Below, in pieces: positions 15,409-23,368 of a stretch of 64,000 nucleotides of DNA (positions are counted from its first letter, which is position 1; each line of letters starts with the position of its first letter). The stretch is taken from NCBI GenBank assembly GCA_903917735.1, contig CAIXBR010000025.1, positions 9,761 through 73,760 on the forward strand. The letters run 5' to 3'. This DNA comes from an uncultured Elusimicrobia bacterium. GTDB taxonomy: Bacteria > Elusimicrobiota > Elusimicrobia > Elusimicrobiales > UBA9959. The translations under genes and the position numbers were made by a program. The notes beneath the pieces are model-generated. The model was not told the DNA's origin. It saw only the letters and a list, made by a program, of their open reading frames with translations, and did not search any database.

Positions 15409-17169
15409 ATGAAGATTTTTAAGATTTTGCTTGTTCTAACTCTGGCGTTTGAGCAGCTTGTCTTCCCGATAGCCGGACTTTACGCCCAGGAAGCTCCCGC
15501 CGCCGCGGACAAGAGTTTCAGCCAGGACCTGCAGGGCCCGAGCACTGAGGAGGGGGGCCCCATACTGGAGTCCGGTTCCGACAATCCGCCGCCCGCCACA
15601 ATGCCCCAGGGCCAGACCCCCGGCACCCCTGTTGAGTCCGTCCAGATAGGCGCGGCCCCGAAGGATGCCCCGATGTACGAGGAGGCAGAATCTGTTTCCC
15701 CGCTCGACCGCAAGATAGGCCCCATACGGCTTAAGGGCGCCCCGCTCTCCACTTTCCTCGACGTGGTTTCGGCCCAGTCAAAGGTTAATTTCATCATTAC
15801 CGAAGGGCTCGAGGCCAAGACGATAACCGTTTTTCTGCGCAAAACCACCGTGCGCGAGGCGCTCGAACTACTGCTCAGAGTAAAGGGCCTCACCTACCAG
15901 CGCATAGGCAAGAGCAACACGTATGTCGTACAGAAGCGCTCCGCCGACATGCCCAACCTGATAACCAAGATTTACACGCTCAACTACATACCGCTCATCC
16001 CGATCTCCTCCGTAGGAGAAGAGCTGGCGTCCATAACCTCGCAGGATGTCTCCTCCTCCGGCTCCTCGGGCGGCCAGCAGCAGCAGCAGCAGGCGCAGAA
16101 TTCTCCCGGCGGCGGCAAAGAGACTGAGAGCCCTATTTCCATAATCAACATCGTAAAAAGCGTGCTTTCCAAGAAATACGGCAAGCTGGCCACTGACCCG
16201 CGCACCAACACCCTTGTTATTACGGATGTCCCGGAAGTTTTCCCGCAGGTGGAACAGATAATATCGGAACTGGACAAGAAAGCCCCCCAGATACTCATAG
16301 AGGCCCAGATAGTAGAAATAAACACCGACAGGATGAACGAGCTCGGTATAGAATGGGGCGGCTCCAAAGGCGAGATGGCCTATTTTGCCGGTCCCGCCCG
16401 TCTTACTGACTACGGCCTGCGCCCCGGGTTCTTCTCAGGGGATTCCTGGAAATATTTCTACCCCAGCACTACCGACATAGGCTCCGCTTCGCGCGGCAGC
16501 ACTTCCGGCAGCAGCAGTTCCGGCTCCTCCGGCAGCAGCAGCAGCGGCGGCGGCGGCGGCACGATAGACCCTATATACTCCAGCGGCCAGCAGAGCTCCA
16601 AAGGCGTTTATTACGGCGTATTCAGCCTGGCGCAGCTGTCTGCCCTTTTCCGCGCGCTGATATCAAAAGGCGAAGGGCGCTACCTTGGCAAACCTAAGAT
16701 AGTGGCCATGAACAACAAGACGGCGCTTATACAAATTTCGAAGGACGCCGCCATGGGAACCGTAAGCCAGACGTCCTCGTCCGGTGGCGCTACCGGCAGT
16801 TCCTCCTCAGGCGTGGAACGCCGGCGCATAGGCCTTACCATGAAGGTCACCCCACAGGTGAACAAGGAAGGCTATATCACCATGATAGTCCAGCCTTCCT
16901 ATTCCGATTCCATCGCGTCCGCCGTCACGGTCAACGGCGCTACCGTTTTCGACCCCGTAAGCCGCGGCGCGTCCACTATGGTGCGCGTCAAGAACGGCCA
17001 GACGGTAGTTATAGGCGGCATGCTCGCCTCCACCGAGTCGAAGATTATACGCAAAGTGCCCCTTTTAGGGTATATCCCGATAATAGGCTGGCTGTTTACC
17101 AGCGTCAGCGCCAGACGCACCAACACCGACCTGGTGATCTTCCTCACGCCCACGATACTGGTGGACTAG
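15409..17169 (+). CDS. pilQ: Type IV pilus secretin PilQ
   Basis: Signal peptide and an N0/STN-like domain (FLDVVSAQSKVNFIITEGL...). Secretin_N (LATDPRTNTLVITDVPEVFPQVEQIISELD). Secretin core ending in the classic VPLLGYIPIIGWLFTSVSARRTNTDLVIFLTPTIL. Confidence 0.9.
   Translation: MKIFKILLVLTLAFEQLVFPIAGLYAQEAPAAADKSFSQDLQGPSTEEGGPILESGSDNPPPATMPQGQTPGTPVESVQIGAAPKDAPMYEEAESVSPLDRKIGPIRLKGAPLSTFLDVVSAQSKVNFIITEGLEAKTITVFLRKTTVREALELLLRVKGLTYQRIGKSNTYVVQKRSADMPNLITKIYTLNYIPLIPISSVGEELASITSQDVSSSGSSGGQQQQQQAQNSPGGGKETESPISIINIVKSVLSKKYGKLATDPRTNTLVITDVPEVFPQVEQIISELDKKAPQILIEAQIVEINTDRMNELGIEWGGSKGEMAYFAGPARLTDYGLRPGFFSGDSWKYFYPSTTDIGSASRGSTSGSSSSGSSGSSSSGGGGGTIDPIYSSGQQSSKGVYYGVFSLAQLSALFRALISKGEGRYLGKPKIVAMNNKTALIQISKDAAMGTVSQTSSSGGATGSSSSGVERRRIGLTMKVTPQVNKEGYITMIVQPSYSDSIASAVTVNGATVFDPVSRGASTMVRVKNGQTVVIGGMLASTESKIIRKVPLLGYIPIIGWLFTSVSARRTNTDLVIFLTPTILVD
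16075..16092 (+). repeat. (CAG)6 trinucleotide microsatellite inside pilQ (encodes QQQQQQ)
   Basis: Direct read: cagcagcagcagcagcag. A second run, ggc(agc)4(ggc)5, lies at about 16531..16560. Confidence 0.9.
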
Positions 17170-17240
17170 CGGGAGGCCGTGCTGACGGCTTAAGAATGTC
17201 TTTCGGTCTTAAACCGCTGCACGGCTTATAACGATTATCT

Positions 17241-18989
17241 ATGGCACACAAACTCCTCGGCGAAATAATGATCCAGGCGAAATGGATCGACGAAGAGAAA
17301 CTGAACAAGGCGCTCAAGTTCCAGGTTCAGCAGAGCTGCCTTATAGGCGAGGCCCTGGTCAAGCTGCATTACGCCACAGAAGAGCAGGTGGCCATGGCGC
17401 TGGGCAAGCAGCTCGGCATCCCTTACGCCTCCAAAGAGAACCAGATCCTGAACCCCGAAAAGACCCAGGGGCTAGACAAGATGATCCCCGAGAAGTTTGC
17501 CCGCGACAACGCGGTCATTCCGCTGTTCGTGGAGAACAACGTCCTGGCGGTGGCCATGACGGACCCCACCAACATCATGATGATGGACAACATCAAGCTG
17601 GTGTCCGGCATGGAGATACAGCCCTTCATCTCCACCAAGGCCCAGATACTCAAGGTCATAGACGCTTTCTTCCAGGGCCAGACGAACATGATCGACACGG
17701 TGCTGGACAAGGCCGTGGGCGGCAAGGGGGGGGAAACCTCTGATACCGACGTGATCACCGCGGACGGCAAGCTGGACCTGGACAAGGTCATCATCGGCGA
17801 GTCCAAGGGCGCGCAGTCCATAAAGCTGGTCAACGCCATCATGAAGCAGGCGATCAGCGAGCGGACCAGCGACATCCATCTTGAGAAATTCGACGAGAAA
17901 GTGTCCCTGCGCCTGCGCATAGACGGCGTGCTCTACGAGCGCAGCGCCCCGCCGAACGACCTGGTGGACGCGATGATCTCGCGCGTCAAGATCCTTTCGA
18001 AGCTGGATATTTCCGAGCGGCGCCTGCCGCAGGACGGCAGCTTCTCCATAAAGTACCAGAACCGCGTCATAGAGATCCGCGTTTCCGTCTGCCCGACGGT
18101 GTTCGGCGAGAAGCTCGTCATGCGTATTCTGGACAGGGGCTCGGTGGAGCTCAACGTTAAGATCATAGGCTTCGAGCCGCGCCAGATGGAGGACTTCCTT
18201 AAGGCGGCCTCCGCTCCCAACGGCCTTATCTTCCTTACCGGCCCCACCGGCTCCGGAAAGACCACCACGCTTAACGCCGTGCTTAACACTATCAAGTCTC
18301 CCGAACTGAATATCATGACGCTTGAAGACCCCGTAGAAATCAAGATGGAGGGCATCAGCCAGGTGCAGGTAAAGCCGGCGATCGGCCTCACCATGGCCTC
18401 CGGCCTGCGCTCCTTCCTCCGCCAGGACCCCGACGTCATCCTGGTCGGAGAGGTCCGCGACAACGAGACAGCCGAGGCGTGCCTGAAGGCCGCCATGACG
18501 GGCCATCTCGTGCTTTCCACTCTGCACACCAACAGCGCCCTGGAAGCCATTCCGCGTCTGCTGGACATGGGCATAGAGCGCTACCTGCTCGCCAGCACCC
18601 TGCTCTGCCTGGCCGCCCAGCGCCTGGTGCGCCAGCTCTGCCCCGAATGCAGGATCCCCTACCGGCCCCCGCAGTCCGAGTTGGACCAGCTGGCCGCTGA
18701 GTCCATGCTTAACCCGCTTCCCGACCTGACCAGGCTGACTTTTTACAAGCCCAAAGGCTGCCCCAGGTGCAACAACATGGGCTACAAGGGCCGCAAGGCC
18801 ATCTACGAGGTGTACTTCAACACCGAGGAGATGAAGAAGATCATCTACAAGGACGCCGACGTCCAGAAGATAGCCGTGGAAGCCGCCAAGAGCGGCGCGT
18901 GGAACCTGCGGGCCAGCGGCTGGCGCAAGGTCCTGGCAGGCGTCACCTCCGTGGACGACATGCTCTCCGTAACGGTGAGCGAGCGCTAA
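17241..18989 (+). CDS. pilB: Type IV pilus assembly ATPase PilB (GspE family)
   Basis: T2SSE_N/MshEN-like N-terminus. Walker A GPTGSGKTTTLNA, Asp box, Walker B DPDVILVGEVRD, His box LVLSTLHTN. Tetracysteine motif CPECRIPY...CPRCNNMG. Confidence 0.92.
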   Translation: MAHKLLGEIMIQAKWIDEEKLNKALKFQVQQSCLIGEALVKLHYATEEQVAMALGKQLGIPYASKENQILNPEKTQGLDKMIPEKFARDNAVIPLFVENNVLAVAMTDPTNIMMMDNIKLVSGMEIQPFISTKAQILKVIDAFFQGQTNMIDTVLDKAVGGKGGETSDTDVITADGKLDLDKVIIGESKGAQSIKLVNAIMKQAISERTSDIHLEKFDEKVSLRLRIDGVLYERSAPPNDLVDAMISRVKILSKLDISERRLPQDGSFSIKYQNRVIEIRVSVCPTVFGEKLVMRILDRGSVELNVKIIGFEPRQMEDFLKAASAPNGLIFLTGPTGSGKTTTLNAVLNTIKSPELNIMTLEDPVEIKMEGISQVQVKPAIGLTMASGLRSFLRQDPDVILVGEVRDNETAEACLKAAMTGHLVLSTLHTNSALEAIPRLLDMGIERYLLASTLLCLAAQRLVRQLCPECRIPYRPPQSELDQLAAESMLNPLPDLTRLTFYKPKGCPRCNNMGYKGRKAIYEVYFNTEEMKKIIYKDADVQKIAVEAAKSGAWNLRASGWRKVLAGVTSVDDMLSVTVSER

Positions 18990-19053
18990 CTGCCGGCGGC
19001 GGCATGCGCCTTGAATCTGCTGGCCTAATTTAGTTAAATTTCAGCGGGGAACT

Positions 19054-20277
19054 ATGGGAAAATTCATATACACCGTTCAGGACGCCCAGGGCACGGTCAC
19101 GACCGGCGCCATGGACGCCGACGACGAGGACGGCGCGGTACAATCCCTGCAGACAAAAGGGCTTTTCATCCTCTCCATACAGGCGGAGGACACTAAGGCC
19201 AGGGGCATACTGAACATCAGGAAGTTCAAAAGCGGCAAAGTATCCGGCCGTGAGATGGTGTTCTTCGGTGAGCAGATGGCCACGCTGATAGGCGGCGGCA
19301 TCCCGTTGGTGCGCGCCCTGTCGCTCTTGAGCGAGCACACCGACAACAAGAACCTGGGCGCGGTGCTGGGCGCCATCACGAAGGAAGTCTCCGCCGGCGG
19401 CGCCTTCCACAAGGCCCTGGAAAAACACCCCAAGGTGTTCGACGAGATATGGGTCTCCCTGGTGCAGGCCGGCGAGGTTTCCGGCCAGCTCCCGGCCGTG
19501 CTCCGCCAGATAACCAATTACAGCGAATCCCAGGAGAACGTAAAGTCCAAGATCATCACCGCTATCTCCTACCCCGCCGTGCTGATGACGATGTCGATGG
19601 GCGTGCTGATCTACTTCGTGCTCTACATCGTGCCGGTGTTCGCGGGCATCTTCCGCGACTTTAACCTGACGCTGCCGCTGATAACCCGGATGATAGTGGG
19701 CATCTCCGCCGTAGTGGCCAGGTTCGCCGTGCTGGGGATAGTCAGCGCTATAGCCGGCGTCTTCGCCTTCCGCGCCTACATTTCCACTCCGCCCGGACGC
19801 CTTACCTGGAACCACGTCACGTTCGGCCTCCCGCTGGTCGGCGACCTGGTCCGCTCCATGCAGATAGAGCGCCTGCTTACGACCATGGCCACGCTGATAC
19901 GCTCGGGCGTCAGCATCCTGAACGCGGTGTCGGTGCTGGAGGGGGCTTTCAAGAAGAACCTTATCTTCCAGAACGCCCTAAAAAAAGCCAAGAACGACAT
20001 CGCCAGCGGCCGCTCTATCTCCGAATCCTTCAAAAAGACGGGTATCTTCCCGCCTATGGTGACCGAGATGATGTGGATGGGAGAGGAATCCGGCAAATTG
20101 CCTGATATCATCGGCGTGCTTTCCAAGTATTACCAGGAGCAGATAGACCAGTGGCTGCGGCGCTTCTCTTCAATGATCGACCCGATACTGGTGGTGGGCA
20201 TCGGCGGCATAATCGGCGTCATCGTGATGAGCATCTTCATGCCTATCTTCCAGCTGTCACAGATCAGCTCCGGCTAG
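19054..20277 (+). CDS. pilC: Type IV pilus platform protein PilC (GspF family)
   Basis: 407 aa with two T2SSF repeats (FFGEQMATLIGGGIPLVRALSLL and ERLLTTMATLIRSGVSILNAVSVL). Three TM blocks. Position after pilB. Confidence 0.92.
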   Translation: MGKFIYTVQDAQGTVTTGAMDADDEDGAVQSLQTKGLFILSIQAEDTKARGILNIRKFKSGKVSGREMVFFGEQMATLIGGGIPLVRALSLLSEHTDNKNLGAVLGAITKEVSAGGAFHKALEKHPKVFDEIWVSLVQAGEVSGQLPAVLRQITNYSESQENVKSKIITAISYPAVLMTMSMGVLIYFVLYIVPVFAGIFRDFNLTLPLITRMIVGISAVVARFAVLGIVSAIAGVFAFRAYISTPPGRLTWNHVTFGLPLVGDLVRSMQIERLLTTMATLIRSGVSILNAVSVLEGAFKKNLIFQNALKKAKNDIASGRSISESFKKTGIFPPMVTEMMWMGEESGKLPDIIGVLSKYYQEQIDQWLRRFSSMIDPILVVGIGGIIGVIVMSIFMPIFQLSQISSG

Positions 20278-20306
20278 GCGTGCCAGAAGCAAAGAGGATC
20301 AGAACA

Positions 20307-20783
20307 ATGAAAAAAAACAAAACCAGGGGCTTTACCCTTATAGAACTTATGGTGGTGGTGCTTATTATAGGCATACTGGCCTCCATGGGCGTACCATATT
20401 ATTACAAGACCGTAGAAACCACCAAGGCCGAGAACTCGGTCGCCATAGGTCATCTGCTCGGGAACGCGTACCGGATGTTCCTGATCGACAACCCCGGAAC
20501 CACCATTAGCGGCCAGGTCACCAACAGCTGTAACACCACCAGCTGCAGCACAGGGGACCTCAGCGCCTGCCGGCTGGTGCGGTGCAGCTACGTGGCGCAG
20601 CAGGACTGGCAGAATTCCTCCTATAATTTTTTTGTCGGTCCCGGCTCCTGCGGAGTCGGAGCGACCTCCTGCACGCGCCGGAACGGGGGGAATGCCCCTT
20701 ACAGCACCTGGGGGTATAATTTCGGCACCGACGGGGCCTGCACAACGGTAGGTACCGGCGTGCCGGCCTGCCCCAAGTTCTGA
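20307..20783 (+). CDS. Type IV (pseudo)pilin, probable major subunit, Cys-rich
   Basis: ORF 20151..20783 trimmed to ATG 20307. Class III signal MKKNKTRG|FTLIELMVVVLIIGILASMGVPYY (prepilin N-methylation motif, Glu at +5). The globular part contains 8 Cys. Confidence 0.85.
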   Translation: MKKNKTRGFTLIELMVVVLIIGILASMGVPYYYKTVETTKAENSVAIGHLLGNAYRMFLIDNPGTTISGQVTNSCNTTSCSTGDLSACRLVRCSYVAQQDWQNSSYNFFVGPGSCGVGATSCTRRNGGNAPYSTWGYNFGTDGACTTVGTGVPACPKF

Positions 20784-20787
20784 TCCT

Positions 20788-21243
20788 ATGAAAACACGGA
20801 AAAGGCCCGGACAGACCCTTATAGAGGTTGTTATGGCCACTATGATAGCGGCCATGACCACTACCGCCGTGTTTTCGGTTATACTTTCAAGTTTCGTCTC
20901 CGACGCCAAGGCGGATAAGCGCGACGCCGCGGCGATGGCGCTGAAGCGGGCGCAGGAGACGCTGAAAAGCTACGTGAGCTCGCAGCCCGGGGATTCCACC
21001 TACGTGCCCGGCTCCCCGGCGGGGCACTGGGCGGCGGACAGCGGCGCAGTATGGGCGCTGCGCGAAGGGTCTCATGATGTTTCCTCCATGGTCGCCAGCC
21101 CGCCGCTGACCGTTGCCGGCCAGACGGCGGCGTCTTTAACCTATACCGTGGTAAGCTACAACTGCGGGTTCGGCATAGGCTCGGCCCCCAATTACGAGAC
21201 GGCCTGCAAGCGCGTGGTTTTTCTGCTTACCTACCCGGACTGA
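20788..21243 (+). CDS. Minor pseudopilin
   Basis: MKTRKRPG|QTLIEVVMATMIAAMTTTAVFSV is a prepilin-like leader with Glu+5. 4-nt gap to the preceding pilin gene. Confidence 0.7.
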   Translation: MKTRKRPGQTLIEVVMATMIAAMTTTAVFSVILSSFVSDAKADKRDAAAMALKRAQETLKSYVSSQPGDSTYVPGSPAGHWAADSGAVWALREGSHDVSSMVASPPLTVAGQTAASLTYTVVSYNCGFGIGSAPNYETACKRVVFLLTYPD

Positions 21244-21245
21244 TT

Positions 21246-21923
21246 ATGGCTAAAAGAAAAGGCTTTACGCTGGCCGAACTGGTGCTGGCTATTTTCATCT
21301 TCAGCTTCATGTCAATGTCCCTGGCCACTATTTACGCCACGGCCAACCGGCATATGTTCCAGAATTACCGCCGCAATATAATAAAAACAAACGCCGACTT
21401 TGCCATGAAAGCCATACAGAACAATCTTTCCATGGCCACCCGCCTGGACTCCCCGCCTTACGGCGGCGCCGGCAATATACTCGCTTTCGCCACCAATGTG
21501 GACCAGCTTAACGGCTGTTACCCCATAAGCACCGGAGATACCGCCGCTTGGCACTATTTCTGCGTAACCCCTGACGCCACCCTGCCGGCGGTCAATGACC
21601 TGTATTACCATACCGGGATCATTGCGGGCGGGACCGGCTGCGCGGTGGCCGCTCCCTCTGCCTGGAACGGCCCTTATCCTAATTTCTGCGGTCCCGGGGG
21701 CGGGGGGACCGTTATGCTGCTTATGCAGTATGTCATCCCGCTGGCGCCGCCGCGCAGCCAGTTCGCTTTTTCCCGCAGCGCCGCCGACGGCGTGACCGAA
21801 GTGCCGGATGTGCGCATTATGCTGCGCTCCTACTGGAACGCCGCGAACCGCGGCTTCGGCAGCAGCCAGCGCGATATAGATTTTACGCTGGACACGGTCC
21901 TTACCGTTAACCGGACAAAATAG
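21246..21923 (+). CDS. Minor pseudopilin
   Basis: MAKRKG|FTLAELVLAIFIFSFMSMSLATIY is a prepilin N-methylation motif with Glu+5. 2-nt gap to the upstream gene. Confidence 0.75.
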   Translation: MAKRKGFTLAELVLAIFIFSFMSMSLATIYATANRHMFQNYRRNIIKTNADFAMKAIQNNLSMATRLDSPPYGGAGNILAFATNVDQLNGCYPISTGDTAAWHYFCVTPDATLPAVNDLYYHTGIIAGGTGCAVAAPSAWNGPYPNFCGPGGGGTVMLLMQYVIPLAPPRSQFAFSRSAADGVTEVPDVRIMLRSYWNAANRGFGSSQRDIDFTLDTVLTVNRTK

Positions 21924-21983
21924 TTCCCCCACCGCACAACTCAGAGCATTGAAAATACGGGGTTTCTCTGCTAGACTATTAAT

Positions 21984-22331
21984 ATGAAATCTCTCCGCTG
22001 GAGACGGGGCATGATATTGCTCCAGACGCTTGTTATGTCCGTTATTCTTTCCATGATGGCGGTCATGGTGCTTAAATGGATAATGGGCCGCTATATGATG
22101 GCCGCGCGCAACTACCGCTCCACCACCACAAGGGGCCGGGCTATGGGCTATTATCAGGACCGGTTCGCAAACTGGAACTGGAACACTACGGGTATGCCCG
22201 CTCTTTCCCAGACCACGATAACCGAATCGTATCCCTCCGGGACAGCCCAACAGGTATGCGTACGTTCTTTAGGCAACGGAAAATTCCAGGTCACCTCCGA
22301 CCAGGACACTGTCGGCGGCGCCTGTCCCTGA
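21984..22331 (+). CDS. PilX/GspK-like minor pilin (no Glu+5)
   Basis: MKSLRWRRG|MILLQTLVMSVILSMMAVMVLKW is a pilin-like hydrophobic N-terminus with Gln instead of Glu at +5, as in GspK/PilX-type subunits. The small globular domain has 2 Cys. Confidence 0.5.
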   Translation: MKSLRWRRGMILLQTLVMSVILSMMAVMVLKWIMGRYMMAARNYRSTTTRGRAMGYYQDRFANWNWNTTGMPALSQTTITESYPSGTAQQVCVRSLGNGKFQVTSDQDTVGGACP

Positions 22332-22396
22332 GAGCCCTCTATGCAGACATCATCGTATCTTCCCGGGGCTGAGCGCTGCGCGCACTGGCGGAGCCG

Positions 22397-23296
22397 GTGA
22401 ACGCCCTGGCGCTGGCGGCGATACTGCTGTCGGCCCCGGCTTCCGGAGCCGCCCGCGCCGCCGCCCCGCCCGCCGTGGCTTGGCACACAAAGACCTCACC
22501 TCATTTCGAGATCATGCACGAATCCGTCTGGTCCCCCGGCGCGATAGCGCTGGAACTGGAGAAGATGTATTCCTCCATGCGCCTGAACCTGGCCATGTTC
22601 GCGCCCTGGATGGTGAGCGAGAAGGCCAAGGTTTACATCTATTCCTCCCAGGATTCCTTCCTTAGTGGGGAATTCAAGCCGCCCCGCTGGTCGAAAGGGC
22701 TGGCTTACGTCTCAAAAAAAACCATCGTCGTTTACGACACCGGGGATATAGGGAAGCTGAAAAGCGTTATCGCCCACGAGCTTACCCATCTTTATTTCGA
22801 GGGCTACTTCTCTGAGAAACTCAAGTATCCCCCGCAGTGGCTCAATGAAGGCCTGGCCGTCTATATGGAGGAATCAGCCAACCCGGAAAGCGGGCCCTGG
22901 AGCAGGGCACTGGCCTACTTCCCGCAGGACAGGCGCGTGCCGTTCGAGAAGTTCTTCTATCTGAACATAGCGCAGGTGGATTCCGACACCAAGATAGCCG
23001 ACTGGTATCTGCAGGCTTACGGCGCCGTCCTTTACCTGTACAGGCCCGCTACCCGGCTGCAGTTCAAGAGCTTCTGCGAGGCCCTCAGGGGGGGAATGGG
23101 GCTGGAGGACGCGCTTTGGCGCAATTACAGGCTGGGGTCGGGCGCGGATTTCGGGAACAAGTGGTCCGCCTGGCTTGAGGAATACGCCCGGCCGGATAAG
23201 GACGGCCTGCGGTCAGCCAGCCCGTCGGCTAGCTTCAATTTTAAGCCGGTGCAGCTCTCTTCCTACACTTTCGTAAATTTCGGGGCAAAGAAATAG
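22397..23296 (+). CDS. Secreted MA-clan (gluzincin) zinc metallopeptidase-like protein
   Basis: GTG start at 22397 with GGAG upstream. Signal peptide LALAAILLSAPASGAARA. HExxH (VIAHELTHLYFE) followed 20 residues later by NEGLAVYME, a candidate third-ligand Glu. Confidence 0.6.
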   Translation: MNALALAAILLSAPASGAARAAAPPAVAWHTKTSPHFEIMHESVWSPGAIALELEKMYSSMRLNLAMFAPWMVSEKAKVYIYSSQDSFLSGEFKPPRWSKGLAYVSKKTIVVYDTGDIGKLKSVIAHELTHLYFEGYFSEKLKYPPQWLNEGLAVYMEESANPESGPWSRALAYFPQDRRVPFEKFFYLNIAQVDSDTKIADWYLQAYGAVLYLYRPATRLQFKSFCEALRGGMGLEDALWRNYRLGSGADFGNKWSAWLEEYARPDKDGLRSASPSASFNFKPVQLSSYTFVNFGAKK

Positions 23297-23323
23297 GCGC
23301 GGCAGCCGTAAAGCCGCCGCGCC
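23296..23323. terminator. GC-rich hairpin between convergent genes (possible bidirectional terminator)
   Basis: GGCGCGGC (23296..23303) pairs with GCCGCGCC (23316..23323). There is no clear U-tract on either strand. Confidence 0.3.
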
Positions 23324-23368
23324 TCTCGCCCGCCCTCCATCCATCCATCCGTCTGACTGTCCGGCCAG

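Noticed and set aside
20151-20306. Upstream extension of the pilin ORF that overlaps the end of pilC
   Set aside because: A canonical prepilin leader (MKKNKTRG|FTLIELM) starts at ATG 20307. The extension is Arg/His-rich and overlaps pilC in another frame.
23337-23348. (CCAT)3 microsatellite in the spacer between the peptidase gene and uvrA
   Set aside because: It has only three units, is intergenic, and has no flanking feature that would give it function.
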